A stretch of DNA of 64,000 bases, taken from positions 1,364,001 to 1,428,000 of the forward strand of contig BQFW01000012.1 in the NCBI GenBank assembly GCA_020891255.1. Reading direction: 5' to 3'. Origin of the DNA: Entomortierella parvispora E1425. Taxonomy: Eukaryota > Fungi > Mortierellomycota. Position numbers and translations under genes: made by a program. Below are positions 24,655-37,837 of this stretch, piece by piece (within the stretch, counting starts at the first letter, position 1; every line of letters starts with the position of its first letter). The notes beneath the pieces were generated by a model. That model did no database searches and was not told the DNA's origin. It saw nothing but the letters and a program-made list of their open reading frames with translations.

Positions 24655-25256
24655 AAGAGATAAAGAGCGAGAATGAGAGAAAGAGAGGGAGAGAGAGAGA
24701 ACCAAACAAGAATGAAAATCGCCACTGAGGGAGCGTGGTGTGCGCACGTTTGTCCCCACGCGCGCCCCATTCGGACGTTCTCTCTCCTCTCTCTCTCTCT
24801 CTCTCTTTCTTTTCTCTCACTTCACACCTCTCCCTTCACATCTCTCACTTCACACCTCACACCTCACACCTCTTTTTCTCTCACTCTGTTCCCTCTTCTT
24901 CTCCTTCAACCGACCGACCGTCTGTTGTTTATTGTCTATTATTGTCTATTGCCGCCCTCCCTCTTTCCTCCACTCTTTCCGCCACTCTTTCCGAGCGTGA
25001 TAATGCGCCATTGAGCTGCAACCATCCTAATCCAACCCCTGAAAGAATCATAATCACTCCACTTCCTCCCACTCCTCTGTTCCATTCGTCTTTACTCCTT
25101 CCCCTTCCCCTCCACCGACTCATCGGTCCCTGATCTCGCTCCCCCCGTCCCTTGATCACCCGTCCACGCCTCCCGCTTGCTTGCTGTGCGCTGCCTCCTC
25201 CTTTCTAGTCCACACCCTTCCCTTTTGCGCCCTCGACTGACCAGGAATCGCTCATC

Positions 25257-28200
25257 ATGAAGGTAAAGCCAAGAACCTCACGCGACTGACCTGATTAACT
25301 GCAAATGGCATAGGTCGATCCAAGCTAGCCTGACATTGGTTGCATGTTTGCATTGCTCCCTTTTTTTATTTTTTTTTATTTTTTTTCATTAATTTAAAAT
25401 CTCACCTTCCCGCCCTTTCTCACCTCAATGTCCCATAGTTCGGAAAGCAGATCCAGTTCCAGCAGATCACGGAATGGCAGAACCATTACATGAGTTACAA
25501 GGGGCTGAAGAAGATTATCAACTCTTTGATTCAGGAAAAGGCACAGACATCTGTCACGATTGCTGCGTCGCCCCCACCAGGATCAGCCCCCGTCATCCCT
25601 GAGGATGAGTACTCAAAGTTTCTTCAGTCTCAAAAGGCCGCCTTCTTCTTCAAGCTGGAGCGCGAGTTGGAAAAGGTGAGGAGGACAAAACCCTTTTTTT
25701 TCTCTTTTTTGAAAAAAAAAAAAAAAAAAAACGATCGAAAGACAGGGCAATAAGGGACTTGAACCGCTGGACCCCCCCCCCCGCAATATGTCTTTAATTT
25801 CGGCCGCTGACTGGTTCTCCAACTGCTTCACGGGCTGATCCCCCAATCCCCGTTTGGTTTGTAAAATAGGTCAACACTTTTTATCTTCAAAAGGAATCCG
25901 AACTTAAGGTCCGATTGCGATCCTTGATTGACAAAGAAAAGGTCATTCTCTCACGTCAAGGCCGGCCAGGAACGAGCTCCTCAATCAACTCTCTCAAGGA
26001 AGCATTTCGACAGTTTGAGCAGGATCTCAACAAGCTCCAGGTAAACCATAAAGCACACTAAGGCTGAAGCGCTACAGCCTTTCTACCTGGGGACTTTCAG
26101 ATGGCGGAAAATGGAAGGAAAAGGAGGATTGCTTACCCGGCCAGGGCGGCCGTGGAATTCAATTGAGGAAAAAAAAGTAGAAAGAGTTTGTCGGAATAAC
26201 CCCCTGGTGCTGACTAGACTGTGCATCCCTCTCTTATGTTGTTCCGATCTGGTTCTAGAAATTCGTCGAGACAAATGGAACGGGATTCCGCAAGATTTTG
26301 AAAAAGTGGGATAAGCGGTCAAAGTCGAGCACAAAGGAGCTGTACCTTTCACGACAGGTCGAGCTTCAGCCATGCTTCAACCAGGATGCCATGGTAGAGC
26401 TCGCTGACAATGCCGCTTACCATCTCCTCGGGCTGGAAAACGTTCAGCAGGGCAACAGTCGTTCTTCTTCTGCACCTTCCAGTCCAATCGTCGCCAAGCC
26501 AACACAGAACCTTCCGGGACACGCCATCTCATCACCAGTACAGCAACAGATGGACGAGCTCGAGACTGACCTCTTTAATGCCCTTACAACAAACCAATCC
26601 TCTCTTGTGCAAGAGATTCTGGATCGCCGCTTGGCCTCGCCGTCTGCCATCCAAAACAACTCTGCCATGCAAGAGTCTTCTACCTCTAGTAGCCACAATG
26701 CCGGTGCCGGCTCAAATAACCAACTCGGACTGGAGAATGCGCGCGAAGTCGTATCTCGAGTGTTTTGGAGATGCTGTTCTGAAGTCAGCACCTCCGACGC
26801 TGTCATTACACAGCTGGTCAAGACTGGATTGATCAACTTCAAATTCGTAGATGATATCAGTGACAGGACCTGTCTTCATGAAGCCGCCATGGTGGGTCGA
26901 CTCTCGCTGCTCCAACTTGGCGTCGAACATGGAGTCAGTCCCGAATGCACGGATGTCTACGGTCGTCGCCCATTGCACTATGTCTCCATGTATGGCCATG
27001 CCGACTGCGCCACCTATCTCTTGTCGATGAATGCGTCCATGACAGCCACGGACCACGACGGATTCCGACCCTTGATCTACTCCATCATGAACGGACATAC
27101 AAAGTGTGTCGAGATCTTTTTGGCCAACAATGTGGAGATTGAAGCCAGCCAGGAGGGAGATCCAATCCCATTGAGCTTGGCCTGCCATTATGGTCATGAG
27201 GATATCGCCATGATGCTTATTGGACGCGGTGCGAATGTGATTGCTTGCAACGCCGATGGTCTCGAGCCTTTGCACATTACTTGCAGGGAGGGACATACTC
27301 GACTTGCAAAGACCTTGACCACCCGAGGCGCCCGTCTGGATCAGGAAGACAAGTATATGTGCTGGACACCTCTTTTCTATGCCGCCAGCGAGGGACATGC
27401 GGACTGTGTCAAGATTCTTTTGGAGGCGGGATGCAACGTCCATGTGGTGGACGAGCTTGGAAAGACCCCTATTTACTATGCAGCTAGCGAAGGTCATGCT
27501 GACTGCGTAGAGCTGTTGGTTGAAGCAGGTGGAAAAGTAGAAGGCAAATCGACTCCTACCGAGGATACTGTCATGGAAGCCCCCGCCCCACTCACTGCCG
27601 CCACCATGATGGCTGCGTCCACAACACCCGCCACAGAGTCGGCTCTTGGACGATTGAGCGGCGTCGGCGCCCTGGAGGGCCCTCCAAGTCCTGAGCATAT
27701 GGATGATCTCGACATGGATTTTATTCCCTCGCTCTCTCTTCCACCACCCATTATCCCCTTCAGGATCTACGGTCATAACTATCTGGACAAGAAGTACCAG
27801 ATCAACCTGACGCTGGGTCATCCCAACTACCCAGATCACGCTTCGCAGGACAAGGCGGGAGGACGGCAGGCTCCGGTCCACCTCTACGGTACCGCACAAA
27901 TCTCGTCGTTGAAGCTCATCATCTCTTCCCGTCCCGACAATGGCATGATCCCCCACAATGTGATCCTGCCTCTTGGAGACGACCGCGAGGTGTTTGCCTT
28001 CCAGGTGGACTCTCTCGAGCACTTTACAGTCGAGTTTGACATTTTCCCCACTTTTGGTTCCAAAGCGATCGGTCGTGCCGTGGCTCTGCCCAGCATGTTT
28101 TCCTCGATCGAGTCCTCGATGGGCAAGGGCACCTTGCCTCTCTTTGACGCCCATTTGAAGGTGGTTGGAGAGCTGGCATTCGAGTACTCGGTGGTTCGTC

Positions 28201-30094
28201 CCTTCCAGGGCGTCCGATTGGAGGTGGGTGGACGTGTGGAGACGTATTGGAAATCGACCAACAGCATCGACTCGACCATCTCTGCGGCGACGACACCGTT
28301 GGTGGGAACCCCCTCGGTCATGCCCGTCAGCACATCCACCTCTGGCAGCGCGCTTCCACATTCGACCTCTCAGTCCCTTTTGGTGGGCAACATGATTCCT
28401 TCGTTTATCACGGCGTCTTCACTTTCGGGAGAGTACATTCAACTGTCGGTTCAGTTGACGCGGGATTTCGTACCAGTCGTGTTTGCGCACTGGCATTTGC
28501 CTGTGGAGGGCTTTGATCTGGCGCTGTCGGATGTGACTTTTGCTCAGTTCAAGAGTTTTGGCGAGCTGATGAACCAAAAGCAGGCTGGCGATGATCTGGA
28601 GGGAACAGGAGCATCGAACCGCTTGTCGAATACTTGGAGGAGCGGTGAATGGCGACGCAAGGTGTACGAGCGATGGATGAGTTTGGAGCAGGTCTTGAAG
28701 GTAAATATCTATGTTTTTTTTTGTTTTGTGCTGGGGGTACGGGAAAAAAAAACCACCAGCACAATGGCTCTTAGAGTACAACTCTGACCTACATTTTTTT
28801 CTTCATTTCCCTAGATCCTGCCCAAGCACATTGGAGTGAACCTGGAGTTGAAATACCCTACTCTGTCAGAGAGGACTTACCTCAGACTGACCAACTGTGT
28901 GGAGGTGAACAAGTTTGTGGACACGATTCTTCAGACCGTTTACGACTCTTCCTCTGCAACACATCATCGCAGCTTCATGTTCTCGTCCTTCAACCCTGTC
29001 ATTTGCTCGGCTCTGAACTGGAAACAACCCAACTGTAAGGACTCGTATGCTTGCTGAGAAACTAAATGTTTTGTGTTCCTGTTGCTAAATTGTGTTTCTA
29101 TATTTGAAATACTCTAGATGCCGTGTTCTTTAGCACATATTGCGGTTACAACAAGGCCCGTTCATCTACCGGTGCTTCTCGTGCCCTTCAGGACTCTGCC
29201 TCGACTCTTCCCACGAGCTTGAAGCGCAAGGAACCTGTGGATCCAGAGTCTCTGCCCTCACCCAAGCACGGTTCTGCAGTCTCGAGCAAACAGGGATCGC
29301 CTTTGCTCTCAAGAGCCACTACGGCCTCTACTTCCTCAGCACCCGTCGTCCCTGCCAGTACACCCTCTGCTTCATTGACGCCAGAGCCAGAGTTCCATGA
29401 GGATGACAAGAGATGCACGTCGATCAAGGAGGCTGTCAAGTTTGCTCGCAGTAATAACTTGCTGGGAGTGATTTGTGAAGCCACGCCTTTGGTAAGCGTC
29501 GACTTGATTTTTTTCTTCCTGTTTTTCTTCTTCTTTCAAAGCAACATTGTCTGAACTCCCACTCTTCTCATCTTGAAATTATAGATCCAAGTCCCTAGCT
29601 TAATCACACACATCAAGGAGTCTGGACTGATCCTGTCGAGTTTTGGTGTGGGTAACAAGGACCCTGCGTTGATTCAGATCCAAAAGAGCCATGGCGTGGA
29701 TGCCTTCATGTATATGGACAACACCTACAGCAATGATCAGAGCAGTGGAAAGATCCATAGCAGTAGCAGCAACAACAACAACAACAACAGCGGTCCATCC
29801 ACGACCACGACCACGACCACGACCGCTGCTGCTGCTGGTCTTGTTGGCACAGGCTTGTCAGGATTGACCCCACTCTCGTCGTCCACGCCTTCCTCCTCTT
29901 CAGCATCCTCCACCACTGCAGCCACCTCAATAGGGTCCTCTGCATCCTTATCATTCACATCAACGACGGGGCTCAGGACATCCACATCTGGTTTTGCTGG
30001 CTCAGCCATGTATATATCCGCGAGTATACCCGAGGTCGAGGAAGGTGTTTTGAGATATCAGAATGGTGTTGATTCTGGATCCTTGAGCATTTAA
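25257..30094 (+). CDS. PHO81: SPX-ankyrin-GDPD-like CDK inhibitor of the PHO pathway (Pho81/NUC-2)
   Basis: Spliced start MK|FGKQIQ...YKGLKKII (SPX), DDISDRTCLHEAA and ankyrin repeats, PPIIPFRIYGHNYLD, and a degenerate GDPD domain (VNLELKYP, FMFSSFNP, AVKFARSNNLLGVIC). Confidence 0.9.
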
Positions 30095-30388
30095 GAAAGA
30101 AAAAAAAGAAAACAAAACATGACAAAAACAAAGAAACCAAACAAAAAAAAAAAAAAAAATGGGAGCATTAAAAAAGCTGCCTAGGGAAGGAAGAGGAAGG
30201 AAGAAAAAGCGATATTGGGAAAGTAGAGGAAAGGGCAACGACCTTTTTTGTTATTTACATTGTGTAATAAAAAATATAAAAAAACTCGGAAACAACCTTG
30301 ACATGTTTGTTTATTGACTTGACTGATCATCCAACAACCCTGGTAAGGAAGATGAAGAACAAGGGTAAGAGCTGGCCTTTTTTTTTCC

Positions 30389-32215
30389 CTACTGCTTGAG
30401 CCACTTCTCCATCCAAGTCTTGAAAGGGACGCATTGGGTGTTGATACCCAGTCCGATAAGGCATCTGTTTGACAAATGGCAATCGTAAGGACGAGTAGCT
30501 AATTGGGAAGAGCAAGAATTGGAAAATGTTGTTAGAATTCAATAACATTTCAAGACTATGTCCTCTTTCTCTCCTTGCTGTCTTTCTTGAAATTGAATAT
30601 GTAACCAGCAGAAAGGGACTTACTACTAGCATTAGCAGGCGCGCTGGCGTTAGCTTGCAAATGATCAACCGAAGTTCCAAGGACCTGAGCGATCACCTCT
30701 GCGGAACAAAATAAAAGGGGTGGATTTACATTAGTATTATTGAAGTTACGCAAAGAGCAGACCCAGACCTTAGTAGGTTTGTTGAGATAAAGAATCTTTG
30801 AGACATACCGCACATTTCGTATTTGGTGAACTTTTCCTCTCCAGAGAAGTGAAGAACGCCCGAGATGAAGACCTTCTCCAGACGGACCTTCACTGTATTC
30901 AAAAAAAAAAAAAAAAAAAAAAATCATGAAGGGATTAGAGGGTTTACAACGAGCATGAGATCGGAAGGAACTATCAGTCCAACGTATACATACGGGAAAG
31001 GTCCTTGATCACTCTGGCAACATCGGCGACTATAAAAGTATAAAAAAGACGGGGAATCCGGGTGTCAATACCTCCATCCGGAAAATAGCGTTAATTTGTT
31101 AGCAAACGGAGCCTATGCCCTTCTTCATACCATTGGTAGGATAACGAACAGCGTAATGATCCATGGAGCCAGATTTGCCCTGCTTGACACTGTCAATCAA
31201 AATGTTGACGGCAGACTCTCCGTTGTACTCGGTGGCACCATAGAGAATAGGCACTCTGAGAAGAATGGCTGCAGGGTTGAACTTTTTGATTTCGACCTCG
31301 CCGTCATACTTGGTTTGACCTAAAAAAAAAGTCATCAGAAATGTTAAATCAAAGAACTTCCTTCTCTTTCGTTCTGGCAAAGAGACTTCTTTCCATCTGA
31401 TTCCTTATTACCATAGAGGTTGAGGGGGTGGGGCTTGTCACGGACATCGTAGGGAGGGCTGGTACCGTCGAAAACGTAGTCGGTCGAGATGTAAATCAAC
31501 AGGATGCCTCGGTCATTCGTCAGCTCTGCCAAGAGGCGAGGGACTTGAACATTCAACTAGAGGAAATAAAGAAGAGAATTAAACAAAACCAAGTAGAGTA
31601 GATAATTCTTTTCTCATGATGATCCATTCTTACGTTTTTGGCACCCTCAGGGTTCTTCTCGACCACATCAGGTCGACGCTCGGCAGCGCAATGGACAATC
31701 ACTGGATGTAAATAACATAATTGGACGAGGTTCAAATGCTATCCTTTTTCATTTCAGCAGGTTTGATCTCCACAAACTCAAGTCGTTACCATCAGGCTTT
31801 TCCTCGTCAATAAACGCCTCCACGGCAGCAGAGTCCTCCAGATCGAGCTATTTAGTGAAAAATAAAAGACCGGGTCAAGGATGAGTCGCATCATTCAACA
31901 GACATATTCCCAAGTTGTCCCTTCAATTCGGTAACGACCCGAGAAGGGGTCCCGAACGGAATCCAGGGGATGAGGGATCGTTACCTTCTTCAAGTCTCCC
32001 TTGGCACGAGTAAAGGCAATGCCGATCACTGGTTCACAACAAGGATGTGTCTGTTTGTCAATATTTCAATGAATTTTGAGAGCGTGTCGTTTCGAGGTTG
32101 AGTCGCGTTCCACGCAATGAGGAATGGGCTTTTCACCTTCATGGCCAGCATTCTTGAATTCGGCTGCAACAGCGCGGCCGAGGAGACCAGAGGCACCAGT
32201 GACAAGGACACGCAT
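30389..32215 (-). CDS. RmlD-like NAD(P)-binding protein (methionine adenosyltransferase 2 beta / dTDP-4-dehydrorhamnose reductase family)
   Basis: MRVLVTGASGLLGRAV (GxxGxxG), VIVHCAAERRPD, YISTDYVFDG, NLYG...KYDGE, LRVPILYG, RYPTN. Multi-exon, ends ...WMEKWLKQ*. Confidence 0.88.
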
Positions 32216-32417
32216 TATAGTTTCTTTTAGGAAGGAAGGTAGTGAATGGGGAGAAAGGAATGTAAAGAAGATGCAGAGAGAACGGCACGCGCAGGAACAG
32301 GGACGGGTTTTTATTTTGTGGGACCGGACTACGAAAAATCGATCATGGGTCTTCTATGCCGTATCAAGATATCAGACGAGGTCCAATCCCCTATCGTCAT
32401 TACTCCTTTTTTATTTT

Positions 32418-34228
32418 TTACGTGGAAGGGTCCGTGGTAGACTTTGCATTGGGCGTGCTCCAGTACCGCACCCGATTGTCATTGCCACCACTGATCACCC
32501 CGTTCTCGGTCGGAGACGCTGACAGGGATCGGATCACAGATGTGTGTCCACTGTAACGCTTCAACAAGGTCGATGTTCTAGAGTCCCAGCAGACGATCGT
32601 GTTGTTGGACTCGTCCGAGCTAAATACAAAGTCCTCGTTGTATGAAAACACGGTCGACTGCTTCTCGGTCTTTTGCACAGCTCCTGTGAATCCATGGATC
32701 ATCTTGCCCGATCCCAAGTCCCAGAGCTTTCCGATGGAATCCCAACCGCCCGAGAGAATATATTTGCCATTCTTGGAGATGGTTGCAGTCGTCACACCCT
32801 TGCCCGAGTGAGCATTCTCAATCGTCCGGACCACCTTGCCCGAGATCGCATCCCAGACTTTGATGGTGCCATCTTGAGAAGCTGTAATAAAGACGGATCC
32901 TGTGGGTGCGTACTCGATATGGTTGATACCTGCACGGTGTGGTCCCTGTTGTTGCTGTGCAGGTTCGACTGCGCTGTTGTTATGGCGGTTGTGATGACTG
33001 GGAGGTGTGGAGAAGGCCTTGGGTGTAAAGCACTGAAGAGTCTTGACGTCATAAATCCTGACCGTCTCGGCTTCTGAACCAACAAGCAAAAAGTCGCCAG
33101 AGGGGTGGAATGAGACAGAGTTGATGGGGTGGGAGTCCTGTTGGATAAACGGTTGTATATGAGTTTTAGAGAAGAACCAGCGATGTTTCTTCTCTCTTTC
33201 AGGTCAATCAACAAAAAGGAAATAAATGGCCAATTACCTGCAGATATCTGAATGATCGCTTGACAGACGCTTTGGACAGATCATACAGTTTTACGACGGT
33301 GTCATCACTGGCAGCTAGAACGAGACCGTTGGGATGGAAGTCGCAGTCCGTGACAGGCTAGAGATGGAAAGAGGGATCAGCGAGTTAGTCCAATTGTGCC
33401 AAGAAGTTATGCATCTCCGAGGCAAGGTCGCAAAATGAGGCGTGGTATCGCTCACGCTAGGTGAAGCGATCCTCTCTTCATTGCCGCTTTTCCATTAAAA
33501 CGTCCTGTTCTGTCCTTACTGTGAGGTGGTCATAAAGGGTTCGGATCACTGGGTGGGCATCGTCATTCATAAGCTTCATTTTATTCACGTCCAAGATCTT
33601 GAGTGACGTATCTGCAGATCCAGAAGCCGCATATCGTCCGTCCTTGGAGAAGGTCGTGCAGGTGACTACATCCTTGTGGGTAGTCATGTAGATCGATTGG
33701 AGGTTGGGTGGGTTCAAGGATGTTTCCTTGGGATCCATGTCCAGGTTTAATTTTGAAAGTTTGGATCCAGTTTCGATATCATCGTCGTCCTCGTCATGTT
33801 CATCCACATCCATGTTGGATCCTGAAGCCTTTGTTTTGGTGTAGTCTGTTGGCACGATCTCTTCTGATTCAGCTACGAGTTGAAACGGCAAAAAAAGGCG
33901 GCCGAGAGAATGTTAGACCAATCGGTTTTCTTATGATCCTCCATCATTTTTGTATTTCGTCTTCAAGTACCTTGAGCTACAAAGAGGAGCTCGCTCAGTC
34001 GTGAGCTGGGTTTGATCGACGCGGCCGTGTGAGTCTGATCTGCTACGACCTGTGCCAGTTGTGAATATCCATACTCGGCAAGTTGACTAACAGAAACAAA
34101 ACGGAAATCAGTTTTCGTGTTGCCTGAACATGAACAGGGCCATCGAGCGGCAGCATCGGAAAGAGTCAATACCTGACAATGAGGGCAATGACATCCTCTT
34201 GACGCATTTGCTTGTTCTCCGAGTCCAT
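32418..34228 (-). CDS. CSTF1: Cleavage stimulation factor 50 kDa subunit (WD40)
   Basis: N-terminal dimerisation helix (LIVR/QLAEYGYSQLA...PSSRLSELL), TTHKDVVTCTTFSKDGRYAASGSADTSLKILD, HPVIRTLYDH and further WD40 repeats. Confidence 0.9.
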
Positions 34229-34443
34229 GCTGCTGGTGCCAATGTTCCTGTTGGTGGCGAGTTGAGAATGAATGGATTGGAGGCGAAAAGATCGGCATGG
34301 CGTGTTTAAATGAATGGAATCTTGTTTTATTAAGGGTTTATTCTGCTCAAGCTTCAACTGGCGCAAAATTCTGGCAGTTGGCACATCGACCGCAGAGCTT
34401 TAAAGAGCAAAGTACAACCAGTTTCCTTCAGCATCCCATCGTT

Positions 34444-37400
34444 TTATTGCCTCGTCAGAATGTCTTTGGGCTGGTTGGCGTAGAACTGATTATAGTCCAA
34501 TCGGACAATCAAGCAAAGGAACTGAACCGTTTCTGTTGCACTAAAGAAGGAAAGTGCCTGGATCAAGAGCTGGACATGATAGACAAACTGTTGCTCAAAC
34601 TCATTCAGACGCTTCATGGCTTGCTCAATCGACTGGACTTGCGGCTGAAGTGTCAAAGTCTCGGCCTCTTCCTCCAATTGCACCTCCATAGCCAAAATGG
34701 CGCGCGTGAATCGATCCGTGTAGGCCGCAAACTTGATACATTGGTTCATAAGCTTGGAGTAAATCTAGTTTCAAACAGACAAGGATGGAAGTGATGGAAG
34801 TGTTACTAACTTGCGTTGATGTACCAGTCTTGAATAAAACAGAGAGGGGCTCCACTTGAAATGTGCCTTACCCGAAGCAGCTTGGAGTTGGTAAGCATGC
34901 ACTGGTTTAAACAGGTATCCAAAAAGTCGGAGTGAATCTGAAGGACCTGATCAACAGTAGACACCTTGGCTAGGTTTGCTGCCAATTCTCTCCAATTGGG
35001 CTCCAAGACCTCCGAGCATACATAGTACGAGAACTGCTGAACAAACGTCAGCATTTTTGCCCGCACACTATAGACTCGTCCACGCCATCCCAGTAGTTCC
35101 GGCGAGGCATTCTTCCAGACAGGAGATTTGACGTGCTCGATCCAGGTATTGCAAAGCACTTGCTCGCCATGTTTTAGGTACAGTAGATGCCGGAAGAGGA
35201 GTTGGTACTTTGTCAGAGCTTTGCGTGAGATTACAAGAGAGAGAGGGAACTTGACCGAGTAATCCAATGTAAGCACATCCATGCCTGGATTCAAGTTGAA
35301 CAAAAAAGGTGATTGTTAGTATGACAACAAGAGAAGAGTAACACTATGTGTGCCAACATTTTTCATCGCTACCAGAGAGAGGTCCTCGGTTAGTTGCTGG
35401 CGGTGCCTCGCTTGATGTGGCCATTACACCCTCCATGGAAGATGCAGTTCTTGATGGTCCTCCGCCCAACGTATTCAACATCTCCTCGTGCCAAGAATCT
35501 GTTGGTGCATGTCCATTCTGGCCGCTTCCACTATTAACTCGACTGTGCACTGGTGCTCTTGATTCCCTCGACTGATTTGATGCCCGTGATTCTCCACGAT
35601 CGCCAAGCCCTTGTCCCTGTCCTTGATTGGGACCCTGTACTTGACCAAGTCCTCCAACATTAATGATGCGCAAGAGCTGGTCCACTAAGCTGAGACGACT
35701 CATGTCCACCTTCAAATCCTCTTTAAAGACATCATTGACCGTGACAGACGAGGGGTTCCGCAAGACAAGGTCCATCAGCGATTGCAGTTTTGTTAGCGAG
35801 ACTTCCCGAGCAGGTCGTTTCAGTTCTGCAGAGGCGAGATCCAAAAAGTGGGTGAAATAGTCGGACTGATCCAGAAAAAAGTATCGCTTCATAGACCTAC
35901 GAAATTATCAGAGCAGAATAAAAACAATTAATTTTCATTTGGACGAGAACCCTTTGCAAAACAAGCGACGTCAAAGTTATGTACCTGAGTCGTCCAAGAA
36001 GCTGTTTTTCTTCCAAGAGCAGTGCGAGCAGCTTTCTGTTTGCAGATTGATAGGCTGCCTCAATAGTGTCGACAAGGTTGATGCCGGTCAAGGAGGACAG
36101 GATATCATTTCCGTCGGTTGAACTTGCAGATGCTGAGGCCTGTATGGATGATGGCTGACTCTCGTTGACTTGAGTAAGGTGGATGCCACACTCTCGAATG
36201 ACATTCAAGTACTTTCCAGCGAGGAGAATCTTGTTCTTCAACGGCACCAAGAATGAAGGGACATAATTCTCCCGTATCGTGTACCGTTGTTCCCAGTATG
36301 CGTCGTTGAAGTCCTCTTTGATGTTTTCCTTGTTGACTTTGCGACTTTCCACAATCATAAACTCTTCGTAAGGATCCCGAATCTCGCCCTTGTGGATCCA
36401 AGATTCCAGCATGGCGATGTAGGGCACTGCGGCTTTGTTGAGCAGAAATCCATAAAGCTTCTTTGTTGCAGGATCACTGTAGGGAAGATAGACAGGCCAA
36501 AGTCAGTATGCGGATAAAATTGTATATCGCATCGACATCACCATCAGCCAGTTTTTCAGACTCACCCACTCATGTTGAACATCCCAGTAGCCAAAATGGC
36601 AAGGATACTGCCTCCTTTGCACTCGAGTGGGATGCCCTCCTTTGGGTTCAGCAGCGCCTCAATGTCGTCTCCCAGGTCTTCCTTCTTTCCTGCTTCCCTG
36701 ATCACACCTACGAGGACATCCAGTGAGGTCAAGGTTTGCAGCGTTGGTTGGATATAGTACCACAGCTTTTGCAAGGTAAAGTCGGGTGATGATCGAAACT
36801 GAGTCTCCAGCTGGGCAATGAGAATAAGATACTCCTGCGTATTGTGGGCGATAAAAGCGTGTTAGGATCAATGTCGATTAGTGTAGATCAGAAATCCTCT
36901 GGAGTCTATGATTCGTAGTTTCCTGTACCTTGAGCAACGTCCGAATGGCGGCACAGAGAGCATGGCTCACGAATCCATACTCGAAACGAGAATGCAACTC
37001 GACAAAGGCCTCAAGTGACAGGTATATGGAGGCCAGAGGCAAGATTCGTGAAACAAGGTCCCTCAGAGAGGGTTCTACACGACAACAAATGTACAGCTTT
37101 TAGTGCGACATGTCCTTGCTCCTGCATTGCCGATTAAAAGTATGGTGTGTCCGTTCCTGAATTACCTATGCTATCGTCCGTCTTGAACTCTTTGTGCACA
37201 TATTCAGCATCCTGATCCTGGGCAGAGACAGGTCGCCGAATAGGAGTGATGTACTTTCCTTCGATGCCCTGTGAGAAAGTACATGGAGGAAGGCAAATAG
37301 ACCATTAGTTGCCAGTCCAGAGAAACAGAGAGAGAGCAAGAGAGAGACTGCAAAAGAGGACAATGGCGGTGATTGAGCGTACCATCATAGTGAAGAGGAC

Positions 37401-37448
37401 ATCCTCAATGATGGCGTGTTCCTGCATCAGTATCCTCTGCTCGAGCAT
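34444..37448 (-). CDS. SPC97: Gamma-tubulin complex component 2 (GCP2/Spc97/Alp4)
   Basis: IIEDVLFTMM, RILPLAS, LQKLWYYIQP, KGGSIL, AAVPYIAMLESWIHKGEIRDPYEEFM, DFNDAYWEQRYTIR, KRYFFLDQSDYF, YSVKFPLSLVISRKALTKYQLLFRHL. Start codon tentative. Confidence 0.92.
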
Positions 37449-37576
37449 GCGTGTGTATATATGTGTGTGTGTGTGTGCTAGTGATTCAGCCGTGATCGTG
37501 GTCCTTGTCCCTTGGGAGATGCGTGTCCTGCAGCAAGTAAGAAGTAAACGGTAAAAGAAAGATGCAATCGTCCAAA

Positions 37577-37585
37577 GCGCGTTTT
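37577..37585 (-). promoter_or_regulatory. MCB/SCB-like CGCG element (AAAACGCGC) in the ~390-bp divergent intergenic region
   Basis: gcgcgtttt on the + strand, between SPC97 and the coiled-coil gene. Function inferred only from similarity to G1/S elements. Confidence 0.3.
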
Positions 37586-37837
37586 CTCTTTTTTCACAGT
37601 GACTGTTCACTTTCACTTTTCACTCTTTCCCTTCCCGCCCCTCTTTCCTCCGCACAAAAGCCATGATAAAAAAAGAGCACCTCCACACCATGCGGTGCTG
37701 TCGCGTGTCTCCTCTGCTCATCTCTTCTCTCCTTCCCGCTCTGTCTGTCTTCATTCATTCCTTCTTCATTCTGTACTCCCGCTCCTTCTCTCTCTGTCCT
37801 CTGTCTCTCATTCCATCCCCTTCTCGAAACACACACC

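Noticed and set aside
26712-28361. 549-aa minus-strand ORF
   Set aside because: Antisense shadow of the PHO81 coding exon, with no domain-like features.
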